64,000 bases of DNA, taken from NCBI GenBank assembly GCA_963803435.1, contig CAWDML010000006.1:96001-160000 (forward strand). The letters are read 5' to 3'. This document shows positions 49,542 to 59,494 of this stretch, piece after piece (position 1 is the first letter of the stretch; each line of letters starts with the position of its first letter). The position numbers and the translations under genes were made by a program. The stretch comes from an uncultured delta proteobacterium. Its GTDB lineage: Bacteria > Myxococcota > Kuafuiibacteriia > Kuafuiibacteriales > Kuafuiibacteriaceae. The notes under the pieces are model-generated. The model did no database searches, was not told the origin of the DNA, and worked only from the letters and a program-made list of their open reading frames with translations.

Positions 49542-50834
49542 ATGGTGAAGGGCATGGATGGGAGCGGCAGCGAGACCGACCATGCCGACTTCCACGGTCC
49601 GCCCAGCACCTCGGGTCCGGCCCAGCTGATCCTGAGAGGAGCCGAAGGGATCGAGATCCGAACGCTCGGCGAGGGTGACCAGATGACCTTCGGCCGCTCT
49701 CGGAGCGCGTCCTATCCCATACCGGACTCCCGCGTCTCCCGCCTCCACGCGCAGATCCGGGTCGAGGAGGGCGCCATCTGGGTGGAGGACCTCGACAGCC
49801 GCAACGGCACGCTGGTCGGACGGTACCTCCTCCGCAAGGCCGAGCGCCGCGCGTTCGGCGGCGACCTGGTCCGCATCGGACCGCTCGAGGTGGTGGTCGC
49901 CCAGCTCGGCGGGGGCTGTGCGCAGCCCGACCGCGGCGGCCCGGACGGGATCGTGGTGGCGGATCCTTCGATGCGTCACGTCTTCGAGGTGGCGCGCCGC
50001 CTCTCCCAGACTCAGACCACCGTGTTGATCGTGGGCGAGACCGGCAGCGGCAAGGAAGTCGTGGCCGGGCAGATCCACCGATGGAGCGCGCGGGCGGCCG
50101 GACCGTTCGTGCGCCTCGGCTGCGCCAGCGTTCCCCCGGCCGTCCTCGAGGCCGAGCTGTTCGGCGTCGAGCCCAAGCGGGGGTTCTTCCACGCGGCGAA
50201 CGGCGGCACGCTGCTCCTCGACGAGATCGGCGAGCTCTCGCCGGAGGTGCAGACGAGGCTCCTCTCGTTCCTCGAGCACCCGGGCGGCGACGACCACCGG
50301 CTCGATGTGCGGATCCTCTGCGCGACCCACCGCGACCTCGACGAGGACGTGCGTAAGGGACGCTTCCGGCAGGACCTCTACTACCGCATCAACACGTTCA
50401 CGCTCCGCGTACCTCCGCTGCGGGAGCGGCCGGAAGAGATCCTGCTGCTGGCCGACCACCACGCCCGCGCGATCGGGAGGACGATGGGCGTCTCGGCCCC
50501 GACGATCGATCCTCAGGCCTGCGCCGCGCTCGCCCAGCACGTCTGGCCCGGCAACGTCCGCGAGCTCCGGAATGCGATCGAGCACGCGATAGTGCTCGCG
50601 TCGGACGGCGTGATCCGCACCGAGCACCTCCCCGACTCGGTGATCGGCCGACCGAGCCCTGCAGCCGAGGATCCGGGCAAGCTGGTGGATCGGATCGCGG
50701 ATGTCGAACGACAGACGATCCAGGAGGCGCTGCGACTGGAGAAGGGCAACCAGACCAGAGCGGCGCGGCGCCTCGGGATCACGCGGCGCGCGCTGGTCTA
50801 TCGGATCGATCGGCTCGGGCTTCGAGGCGAGTGA
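49542..50834 (+). CDS. FHA-domain NtrC-family AAA+ transcriptional regulator lacking GAFTGA
   Basis: FHA (FGRS, VSRLHA, DLDSRNGT); GETGSGKE, GGTLLLDEIG, FRQDLYYRI and WPGNVRELRN motifs; Fis-type HTH (GNQTRAARRLGITR). Confidence 0.9.
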   Translation: MVKGMDGSGSETDHADFHGPPSTSGPAQLILRGAEGIEIRTLGEGDQMTFGRSRSASYPIPDSRVSRLHAQIRVEEGAIWVEDLDSRNGTLVGRYLLRKAERRAFGGDLVRIGPLEVVVAQLGGGCAQPDRGGPDGIVVADPSMRHVFEVARRLSQTQTTVLIVGETGSGKEVVAGQIHRWSARAAGPFVRLGCASVPPAVLEAELFGVEPKRGFFHAANGGTLLLDEIGELSPEVQTRLLSFLEHPGGDDHRLDVRILCATHRDLDEDVRKGRFRQDLYYRINTFTLRVPPLRERPEEILLLADHHARAIGRTMGVSAPTIDPQACAALAQHVWPGNVRELRNAIEHAIVLASDGVIRTEHLPDSVIGRPSPAAEDPGKLVDRIADVERQTIQEALRLEKGNQTRAARRLGITRRALVYRIDRLGLRGE

Positions 50835-50837
50835 TCC

Positions 50838-51422
50838 TCAGGAGGCCGGAGTCTCGCGGCGGCCGACGTCGATCCGCGTGAACTTGGTCCCCTTCAGCGA
50901 CCAGTCCAGCATCAAGCCCTTCTTCCCCACGCCGAACACCGCCACCGGTCCGCGCGCCTTCAGCGAGTCGACCGTGAGGCCCACGTTCTGGTCGACGAGG
51001 GTGGCGTCGAAGTCCATGCCGAAGGTCAGCTCACCCGCCTTGAGAAACCGATCGACCGCATCGTCGGTGAAGAACACGAACACGAAGTCCGCCTCCTGAT
51101 AGCCGGCCTGAAACCCGATCGATCCCGAGGTCATCTGATAGTAACCGGCCGTCTGGCCGCCCCTTCGGAGCGCGCCCTTCCCTTCCTGCCCGCCGACGAT
51201 GAACGCCGCCTTCTTCGCCGCGGGAATGACGAGGATGCCCTTCGCATCGTCGAGATAGGCCTCGCTGCCGTGGACCTGCTCCTTGAAGCGCGCGAGCGCG
51301 GCGTCGACGCGCTGGTCGATCTCACCGGTCGTCGGATCGGCGCTCGCCGTCGAGGGGGCCGAGACTACGAGACCGAGCCCGAGGACCAGCAACCCCGAAC
51401 CGTATGCGGTGCGATTTCTCAT
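50838..51422 (-). CDS. Secreted YSC84/SYLF lipid-binding domain protein
   Basis: Signal peptide; AKGILVIP, KAAFIVGGQEGKG, SIGFQAG and KGLM...SLKGTKF motifs. Confidence 0.85.
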   Translation of the reverse strand: MRNRTAYGSGLLVLGLGLVVSAPSTASADPTTGEIDQRVDAALARFKEQVHGSEAYLDDAKGILVIPAAKKAAFIVGGQEGKGALRRGGQTAGYYQMTSGSIGFQAGYQEADFVFVFFTDDAVDRFLKAGELTFGMDFDATLVDQNVGLTVDSLKARGPVAVFGVGKKGLMLDWSLKGTKFTRIDVGRRETPAS

Positions 51423-51504
51423 GCGAACACCTCCTGTGGAGAAGGAGCTGCATGCGTCATACCGTCCCGACCCCGTGCAGCCACTGCGCAGCGGCGCAAC
51501 CGCC

Positions 51505-53574
51505 TCAGCCCCCAGATCCGACCAGGGCCACCACGCCGTCGACCCAGGCGTCCGGCGATCCGGGCGACCACGCGATCCGCGCGTCTCGCAGCGCGACGGC
51601 AGGGTCGGCGCCGGCGACGATCCGCCGCCGGACGTCGTCGAAGAGCTGGCCGGCCCGGGCCTCGGAGAGCGGCGAGGTGGAGATCAGCACGGCGAGCGCC
51701 CCGGCGCGCAACATCGCGACCGCGACCCCGGCGGCGCCGTCTCTCGCGGACGGCAGCACCACCACCGGCGCTCCGGTCCATCGCGCCGCCGCCAGCGCTT
51801 CGACCGTGATGCGAGCGGCGTCGTCTCGACCCGGTGCCGTCGTGATCCCCGCGCCGTCGACGGGGAGGTCGAGCTCGACCCAGCCGGCCCTCGACAGCGC
51901 CCCCATCACCGACGCGGGCGTCGCCCGATCACCGGCGACGATCTCGATGTCCGCCGCCGGCGATCCAGCGATCGGCGGGGCGTCCACCACGAACGCCTGC
52001 GCGATCTCTCGCGGCAGGAGGCCGCTCGTCCCGAGCACCGCCGCGCCCGCGAGGATCGACACGCGGTCGCAGCGAGCCAGCGCCGCCGAGACCTCCGCCG
52101 GGACACGCGGAGGAAAGGACCCGCGCTCGAGGCGGCCCACGGCGCGACCGGTCTCGTCGCGCGCCACCGAGACCCGCCGATCCAGGTGGGCCTCGACCGC
52201 CAGCATGCAGCGCGCGGGCGCCTCCCGGGCCTGCCCCTCGGCGATCCGGCGGAGCGCGTCGTCGAAGCGACCGTCCTCGCCGTCCTCCAGCGCCAGCACC
52301 GAGCGGGCGTCGGTGGCCGCCCGTCGCGCGCCCGGGTCCGACGGCAGGCGCTCGGCCTCTCGTATGATCGCGTCGAGCTCGGTGAGAGAGGTCGCGCGCG
52401 CGTCGCGCAGGTGGGCCATCGCCATCAGCTGCCGGACCACCAGCGCCGCGCCCGGGTCCGCCCCCAGGGCCGCGCGGTTCGCCGCGACGGTCTGCTCCAG
52501 CATGGCCAGCTCTTTGGCGCGGCCGTCCCATCGAACCAGCTCCGCCAACACGCGGACTCCGTCGAGCGACAGGGGCACACCGCTCCGCGCAGCCTCGGCG
52601 AGCTCGCGACGGGCCGCGGGCCGTTCAATCCGGAAGAGGTCGACGGCGGCCAGCGCCTCGTGGAGATGGAGCGTCTGCGCGCGCAGCGGATCGAGATCGA
52701 TCAGCTCCTCGCCGTAGAGACCGACGAACGATCGGTCGTGCCGGGCGCGCGCCGCCTCGAACCGCGCCTCCAGCTCGGGCGCCTCCAGCGGCACGCCGAG
52801 CCCGCGGCGAGCGCCTGCGAGCGGAGCCGGGTGGGGCTCGTGCTGCGCGCGCTCGGCCAGCGCGGCCGCGCGAGCGGAGGCTTCGGCGGACCAATCGGGA
52901 TCGCTCGTCTGGGAGGCGCGCCCGAACTCCGCGATGGCGACGCGCACCATCCCGAGGTGCTCCGCGATCAGCGCGCGGTTGAAGCGGGCGGTCGCATCGT
53001 CGGGTGCTTCGGCGAGGGCGCGATCGATAGCGACCAGCGCGCGCTCCGGTTGGCCGTCCGCGAGGAGCGCCACCGCCAGATCGTTCGAGAGCGCCGGGTT
53101 CGGCCGCGAGCTCTCCAGCACCTCGATCGCCCGCGCGCGGTCCCCGCGCACCAGGAGGGCCACGCCGAGCGCGTGCTTCCGGTGTGCGTCGTCGAGCCGC
53201 TCGATCATCGCCTCGGGTACGCGATCCGCCGACGCCGGATCGTACGGGCGGTGCCGGGAGGGCGGCCCGAACACCAGGCGCCCCTCGAGCGCGCGCGACG
53301 GCGACGGCGACCAATCGAACGCCGGCTGGACCGAGGTCACCGCCACCAGCACCACTCCGCCCGCGAGCAGCGCGGCCAGCCCGAACCCGACAATCAGGCG
53401 CGCCGCGGGCGACAGTCGGGCCGCGCTCACCTCGCCGGCCGGACGTTCGAGAGCTTCCAGCGCCGTCTGACACGTCTCGCACTCCGGAAGGTGGGCCACG
53501 AAGGCGGCCTGCTCGGCCTCGGACAGCTCGCCGTCGACGAACGCCTGGAGCGCCTCGTGGATCGAGCTCGACAC
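51505..53574 (-). CDS. zf-HC2 anti-sigma-like zinc finger + TM + TPR + degenerate CHAT-like domain
   Basis: FVDGELS...HLPECETC (Hx3Cx2C); TM helix; SNDLAVA and ARFNRALIAEHLG TPR segments; C-terminal AMLRAGALAVL...DPAVALRDAR...W typical of CHAT tails. Confidence 0.7.
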   Translation of the reverse strand: MSSSIHEALQAFVDGELSEAEQAAFVAHLPECETCQTALEALERPAGEVSAARLSPAARLIVGFGLAALLAGGVVLVAVTSVQPAFDWSPSPSRALEGRLVFGPPSRHRPYDPASADRVPEAMIERLDDAHRKHALGVALLVRGDRARAIEVLESSRPNPALSNDLAVALLADGQPERALVAIDRALAEAPDDATARFNRALIAEHLGMVRVAIAEFGRASQTSDPDWSAEASARAAALAERAQHEPHPAPLAGARRGLGVPLEAPELEARFEAARARHDRSFVGLYGEELIDLDPLRAQTLHLHEALAAVDLFRIERPAARRELAEAARSGVPLSLDGVRVLAELVRWDGRAKELAMLEQTVAANRAALGADPGAALVVRQLMAMAHLRDARATSLTELDAIIREAERLPSDPGARRAATDARSVLALEDGEDGRFDDALRRIAEGQAREAPARCMLAVEAHLDRRVSVARDETGRAVGRLERGSFPPRVPAEVSAALARCDRVSILAGAAVLGTSGLLPREIAQAFVVDAPPIAGSPAADIEIVAGDRATPASVMGALSRAGWVELDLPVDGAGITTAPGRDDAARITVEALAAARWTGAPVVVLPSARDGAAGVAVAMLRAGALAVLISTSPLSEARAGQLFDDVRRRIVAGADPAVALRDARIAWSPGSPDAWVDGVVALVGSGG

Positions 53575-53781
53575 GCGGCCATGATCAGGGAGTTGCCTCG
53601 GGGAGCGCAATCGGAGGCGCTGCCGGTGCGCTGGCTGTCGATCTGATTGTCCCTCTTCCAGAGGCGCGCCTGGCGGGCGGGTCCGGAGGGGTCGCCCTCA
53701 ACTCCCAGGTCCAAACAGGCGCGGGGCGCATCCCAGCCTTGACTCGACACCTGCGGACGACTCCGACTGTCGGCGTTCGGA

Positions 53782-54918
53782 ATGAAACCGCGAACCAAGC
53801 TTTTGCTGATCTCCATCGGTGGGCTGGTGCTCGTCGTCGGCGCGCTGGCCGGAACCAAGGCCGCCCAGATCAAGACGATGATCGCGGCCGGAAAGTCGTT
53901 TGCGCCGCCGCCCGAGACCGTGGCCTCGACGCAGGTCGAGACCAGCCAGTGGCAGCCCACGCTCACCGCGGTCGGATCGGTCGTGGCGATGCGCTCGGTG
54001 ACGATCGCCTCCGAGCTGCCGGGGACCGTCCAGCGCCTGCACTTCGAGTCGGGCAAGCTGGTCCGTGCCGGTGAGATCCTGATCCAGCTGGACACCTCGA
54101 TCGAGGAGGCGCAGCTGGCGTCGGCGACGGCTCAGGCTTCGCTGGCGGTGATCAACCGCGACCGCGCGGTATCCCTCCGCAAGCTCAAGGCGAACACACA
54201 GGCCGAGCTCGACACCGCGATCGCCACCGCCGCGCAGGCCGAAGCGACGGTGGCGAACATCCGCGCCACCATCGCCAAGAAGAACCTCCGCGCGCCCTTC
54301 GCCGGGCGCCTCGGCCTCCGGCAGGTCGAGGTCGGCCAGGTGCTGGCGCCCGGGACCCCGATCGTCACGCTGACGGCCTTCGACCCCATCTACGTGGACT
54401 TCTTCCTCCCCCAGCAGGCGCTCGCGCAGCTCGAGGTCGGTCAGACAGTCCGCATCGACACCGACACGTTCGGCGCCCGGAGCTGGGAGGGGAAGATCAG
54501 CGCCATCGACTCGGCGGTGGACCTGGTCAACCGCAACGTCAAGGTTCGCGCTCAGCTGGCCAACGAAGACGAGAAGCTGCGCCCGGGCATGTTCGTCAGC
54601 GTGGCCGTGCTCCTCCCCGAGACGAAGGACGTGTTGACGGTCGCCGCCACCGCCATCATCTACGCCCCGTTCGGCGACTCGGTCTTCGTGATCGAGCAAG
54701 AGCAGGATCCGGAGGGCAAGCCACAGACCGTGGTCCACCAGAAGTTCGTCCGCATCGGCGAGCGGCGCGGCGACTTGGTGGCCGTCGAATCGGGGCTCGA
54801 GGGCGGCGAGACCGTGGTCAGCGCCGGCGCCTTCAAGCTGCGAAACGGGGCCGCGGTGGTGGTCGACAACACGCTGGCGCCCGAGGCGAACGTCGCGCCG
54901 AAGCCGAGCGACGGCTGA
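53782..54918 (+). CDS. RND efflux periplasmic adaptor (membrane fusion protein)
   Basis: N-terminal TM; ELPGTV...FESG, LRAPFAGRLG, LRPGMF and SGLEGGETVVSAG motifs. Confidence 0.93.
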   Translation: MKPRTKLLLISIGGLVLVVGALAGTKAAQIKTMIAAGKSFAPPPETVASTQVETSQWQPTLTAVGSVVAMRSVTIASELPGTVQRLHFESGKLVRAGEILIQLDTSIEEAQLASATAQASLAVINRDRAVSLRKLKANTQAELDTAIATAAQAEATVANIRATIAKKNLRAPFAGRLGLRQVEVGQVLAPGTPIVTLTAFDPIYVDFFLPQQALAQLEVGQTVRIDTDTFGARSWEGKISAIDSAVDLVNRNVKVRAQLANEDEKLRPGMFVSVAVLLPETKDVLTVAATAIIYAPFGDSVFVIEQEQDPEGKPQTVVHQKFVRIGERRGDLVAVESGLEGGETVVSAGAFKLRNGAAVVVDNTLAPEANVAPKPSDG

Positions 54919-54940
54919 GCCGGCGAGCAGGGCCGACGCC

Positions 54941-57900
54941 ATGAAGTTCACCGACCTCTTCATCCGCCGTCCGGTCATCGCGATCGTCGTCAACCTGATC
55001 ATCGTGATCGCCGGGCTGCAGGCGGTCCGCACGCTCAACGTGCGCCAGTATCCCCGCAGCGAGAACGCGGCCATCGTCGTCACGACCGTCGTACGTCGGC
55101 GCCAGCGCCGAGCTGGTCCGCGGCTTCATCACGACCCCGCTCGAGCGCGTGATCGCGGCGGCCGACGGCATCGACTACATCGAGTCGGAGAGCCGGCAGA
55201 ACGTCTCGATCATCCGCGCCCGCCTGCAAGCTCAACTACGACGCGACCCGCGCGCTGGCGGAGATCAGCTCCAAGGTCGACCAGGTCCGCCGCGACCTGC
55301 CGCCCGAGGCCGAGGTCCCCATCATCAACATCGAGTCGGCGGACAGCCAGTTCGCCTCCGCCTACCTGAGCTTCTCCTCCGACTTCCTCGCGCAGAACGA
55401 GATCACCGACTACCTGGTCCGCGTGGTCCAGCCGCGCCTGTCGGCGATCGAGGGCGTGCAGCGGGCGGACATCCTGGGCGCCCGGACCTTCGCCATGCGC
55501 ATCTGGCTCAAGCCGGACCGGATGGCGGCCCTCAACGTCAGCCCGAGCAGGTCCGACAGGCGCTCGCCGCGAACAACTACCTGGCGGCGGTGGGCCAGAC
55601 CAAGGGCGCGCTGGTCCAGGTCAACCTCACGGCCAACACGGACCTCAGCTCCGTCCAGGAGTTCAAGCAGCTGGTCGATCCGCGAGCGAACGGCGCGCTG
55701 GTCCGCCTGGGCGACGTCGCCGACGTCGTGCTCGGCGCCGAGGACTACGACACCGCGGTGAACTTCAGCGGCCAGACGGCGGTGTTCATCGGGATCTGGG
55801 CGCTGCCCAACGCCAACTCGCTGGACGTCATCAAGCGCGTCCGCGCGGAGATGGACGTCGCTGCAGAAGGAGCTCCCGGAGCAGATCCAGCGCACCGATC
55901 GCCTATCGACGCGACGCAGCTACATCGAGAACGCCATCGACGAGGTGGATCAGCACGCTCCGGGAGACGCTGCTCATCGTGGTGATGGTCATCTTCCTGT
56001 TCCTCGGGTCGCTGCGCTCGGTGCTGGTGCCGGTGGTGGCCATCCCGGTCTCGCTCGATCGGCGCGGTGTTCCTGATGCAGGTCTTCGGGTTCACGCGTG
56101 AACCTGCTGACCCTGCTGGCGATCGTGCTCTCCGTCGGCCTGGTGGTCGACGACGCCATCGTCGTGGTCGAGAACGTGGAGCGCCACCTGCGCGAGGGGA
56201 TGAGCCCGCTCGAGGCCGCGCTGATGCCGGGGCGCGCGAGCTGGTCGGGCCCGATCATCGCCATGACGATCACGCTGGCGGCGGTCTACACGCCGATCGC
56301 CTTCCAGGGCGGCCTCACCGGCTCCCTCTTCCGCGAGTTCGCGCTCACCCTGGCCGGCGCGGTGACCATCTCGGGCGTGGTGGCGCTGACGCTCTCGCCG
56401 GTGATGTCCGCCTATCTCCTGCAAGGCCGGGCACGAGGACGAGGGGCTCGCCGGACGTGATCAACCGCGGTTTCGACCGGATCCGGGCGGCCTACTGCCG
56501 CGGCTGCTCGACCACGACCCTCGAGCGCGCGCGGCCCCGTGTACGTGGCCTGGGTCGTGCTCGGCCTGCTGGCGCTCTCGCTGTTCAGCATGTCGGCCAA
56601 GGAGCTGGCCCCGGCGGAGGACCAGGGCGTCATCTTCGGCGTTCGTGAACACGCCCGCCAACTCGACGCTCGACGCAGGTCGCCATGTCGACGCGACGCC
56701 GTCAACGAGGCCGTCATGAGCATCCCCGAGGCCCAGTTCACCTTCCAGATCACCACCCCGAGCGTCGGCTTCTGGGGCGTGGGCCTCAAGCCCTGGGACG
56801 AGCGCAAGCGGACGCGCCTTCCAGATCCTGCCCGAGGTGCAGAGCGAAGGTCTGCGGACCATCCCGGGCGTCCAGATCTTTCCCATCCTCCCGCCGGCGC
56901 TGCCCGGTGGCGGTCAGTTCCCGGTGGAGTTCGTGCTGGCCTCCACCGCCGAGCCCGAGGAGATCCTCGGCTTCGCCAAGCAGCTGCAGCAGAAGGCGGC
57001 CACCAGCGGCATGTTCGCCTTTCCGCCGCAGATCGACGTGAAGATCGATCAGCCCCGAGTCGGAGATCGATGATCGACCGCGAGAAGGTCGGCCCAGCTC
57101 GGGCTTGAACCTGGCCAGCGGTCGGGCAGGACCTCGGCGCCGCGGTCGGCGGCAACTTCGTCAACCGCTTCAGCATCGCCGGCCGCAGCTACAAGGTCAT
57201 CCCGCAGGTCCGCGCACCGAGCGCCTCAACCCCGACCAGCTGGAGAACGTCTACGTCACGGGCCCGACGGGCCAGCTGATCCCGCTCTCAGTCGATCGCC
57301 GACGATCCGCAGACAGCGTCGTGCCTCGCTCGCTCAACCGCTTCCAGCAGCTCAACGCCGTGAAGCTCAGCGGCGTGGCGATCCGACCGCTCGACGAGGC
57401 GCTCGCCTATCTGGAGACGGAGGCGGCGAAGATCCTCCCCAGGGCTACGTGCTCGACTACACGGGCGAGTCGCGCCAGCTGCGCACCGAGGGCAACAAGT
57501 TCCTGCCCGCGTTCATCCTCGCGGTCGTGCTGATCTTCCTGGTGCTGGCGGCCCAGTTCAACAGCTTCCGCGATCCCTTCGTGATCCTGGCCGGCTCGGT
57601 GCCGCTGGCGATGTTCGGCGCCCTCGCTCTTCACCTTCCTGAAGATGCCGAACCCGCAACATGCACTTCTTCACCGACGGCTGGACCACGACGCTCAACG
57701 TCTACTCGCAGGTGGGGCTGGTGACGCTGGTGGGTCTGGTCTCCAAGAACGGGATCCTGATCGTCGAGTTCGCGAACGAGCTGCAGCGGCAGGGCTACGC
57801 CAAGATCGAGGCGGTGCAAGCACGCCGCCGTGACCCGGCTGCGGCCCGATCCTGATGACCACCGTCGCCACCGTCTTCGGACATCTTCCCGCTGACCCTG

Positions 57901-58087
57901 GTGACCGGGCCCGGCGCCGCCGCTCGAAACAGCATCGGCCTCGTGCTGGTGGCCGGGCATGGCGATCGGCACGGCCTTCACGCTCTTCTTCGTGCCGTCG
58001 ATCTACGTGCTCCTCGCGAAGGATCACGCCAAAGAGGGCGTCGGGGACGCCAACGGTGTGTCGATCGTCGAGCCCGTCGCGCGCTGA
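54941..58087 (+). pseudogene. RND efflux permease (AcrB/MexW-like) broken by more than ten indels; pseudogene or consensus error
   Basis: Collinear fragments in alternating frames: MKFTDLFIRRPV; AMRIWL; GLVVDDAIVVVENV; LFREFALTLA; VLAAQFNS; [15 protein letters not shown]; stop at 58087. Confidence 0.85.
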
Positions 58088-58102
58088 GCGACGCCGCGCG
58101 GG

Positions 58103-59494
58103 TCATCGCGAGATCCGGATCGGGTTGCTGTTCACCACGCGCTCGGTCTCGCCCAGCCCGCGGTAGTAGCGGAACTCGTATGTCCCGGCGCGATCGGGCG
58201 CTTGGGCGAGGAGACGACCCGAGGAGCGCCCACGGGTGGCGCCGATCCAGATCGGGCTCGCCCCGCCCTGACCGTCGAGCGCGTACAGGCCGATCCAGTC
58301 CGACGCAGTGCGCGTGTTCGAAGCGTCGAAATCGACGTTGATCAGCCCGCGGCTGTGCACGGTCGTCGGCCATGCGCGGACGGCCTCGCTCACCGGCGCG
58401 GCGCTCCAGGTCGGATCGGCGGTCCCATAGCGGACCTCGACCTCGGCGCGGGTGCCCTCGATCGATCCCACGCCGATCGAGAGGCCGGACTCGTGATCGA
58501 CGAAGGTGTCGCCGGCGATCCAGGCGGCGTCGGACCAGTCGCTCTGACCGACCGCGCTCTCGGGCGTGCTGTCGAGCAGCATCGAGGCGCCGCCCGACAC
58601 CAGGTGGATCACCACGCCCGTGCGGCGATCTCCCGCGTTGGCGTCGGTCGTGTCGAAACCGATCGAGACGCGGAGCTCGAGCTCGAAGTGCTGCGCGTCG
58701 CCGGCGAGGGGGCGCGCGACGTGGAGCGCCTTGTCGCCGGTGCTCGGGGTCTCGAGCGCCTCGAGCGCGTAGTCGCCGTCCTCCGAGATCTCCTGGATAC
58801 CGCGGCCGTCGCCGAACCATCCCAGCTTCTCCTTGGCGCGCGCGCTCGGGTGGCCCCACGCATAGCCCTCGGACGGAGGCTCCTCCGTACCGGCCCCCAT
58901 GACGTCGAAGACGTCGTTGGTGTCGTTGGACGCGCACGCACCGATCGGCTGGAGCGTCGCGGCACCGCAGTCGAGCGTGCCCGCGTGGCCGAGCCCGAGG
59001 AGGTGGCCGAGGAGGTGCCCCCAAGCGGCGTCGGGGAGGCCGGTGCGGAGCCAGCCGCGCCCGGCCTCGGCGTCCCAGGCGAGCGGCGCGGGACAGTCGA
59101 GATCCGCGTGAAGATAGAGGATCGGTCGGTATCCTTCGAGATCGTACCCGCTCCGGCGGAGGCCGTCGGCGGCGGCGGCGGCGACGGCCTCGCGCGCGCA
59201 GGGCACGGCAGGCAACGCCACGTCGATCGGTCCCAGCACGTCGCCCTCCAGCCACGCGCGCCCGTACGATGCCTCCTGAAGGAAGCTCGACGTCTCCATG
59301 AACACCGCCTCGCGCACGTTCTGGGGATCGGGCGACGGAAGCCCGCGGCCCGGCGAACGCACGACGACCACCGCCGTCCTCAAGCCTCCGACCGCCTCGG
59401 CAGCACCGTCGCGAAGGTCGTCGATCGGATAGAGCAGCGAGCAGCGCACGGAGAGCGCGGCCAGGAGGACGGTCTGGAGCAGTGCGCGGCGCAT
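58103..59494 (-). CDS. Exported metzincin (M11/M6-like) peptidase homolog with the catalytic Glu replaced
   Basis: Signal/lipoprotein-like N-terminus; EASYGR, HLLGHLLGLGHA, Met-turn DVMG and KEKLGW motifs; C-terminal DWIGLY...GTYEFRY module. Confidence 0.7.
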   Translation of the reverse strand: MRRALLQTVLLAALSVRCSLLYPIDDLRDGAAEAVGGLRTAVVVVRSPGRGLPSPDPQNVREAVFMETSSFLQEASYGRAWLEGDVLGPIDVALPAVPCAREAVAAAAADGLRRSGYDLEGYRPILYLHADLDCPAPLAWDAEAGRGWLRTGLPDAAWGHLLGHLLGLGHAGTLDCGAATLQPIGACASNDTNDVFDVMGAGTEEPPSEGYAWGHPSARAKEKLGWFGDGRGIQEISEDGDYALEALETPSTGDKALHVARPLAGDAQHFELELRVSIGFDTTDANAGDRRTGVVIHLVSGGASMLLDSTPESAVGQSDWSDAAWIAGDTFVDHESGLSIGVGSIEGTRAEVEVRYGTADPTWSAAPVSEAVRAWPTTVHSRGLINVDFDASNTRTASDWIGLYALDGQGGASPIWIGATRGRSSGRLLAQAPDRAGTYEFRYYRGLGETERVVNSNPIRISR

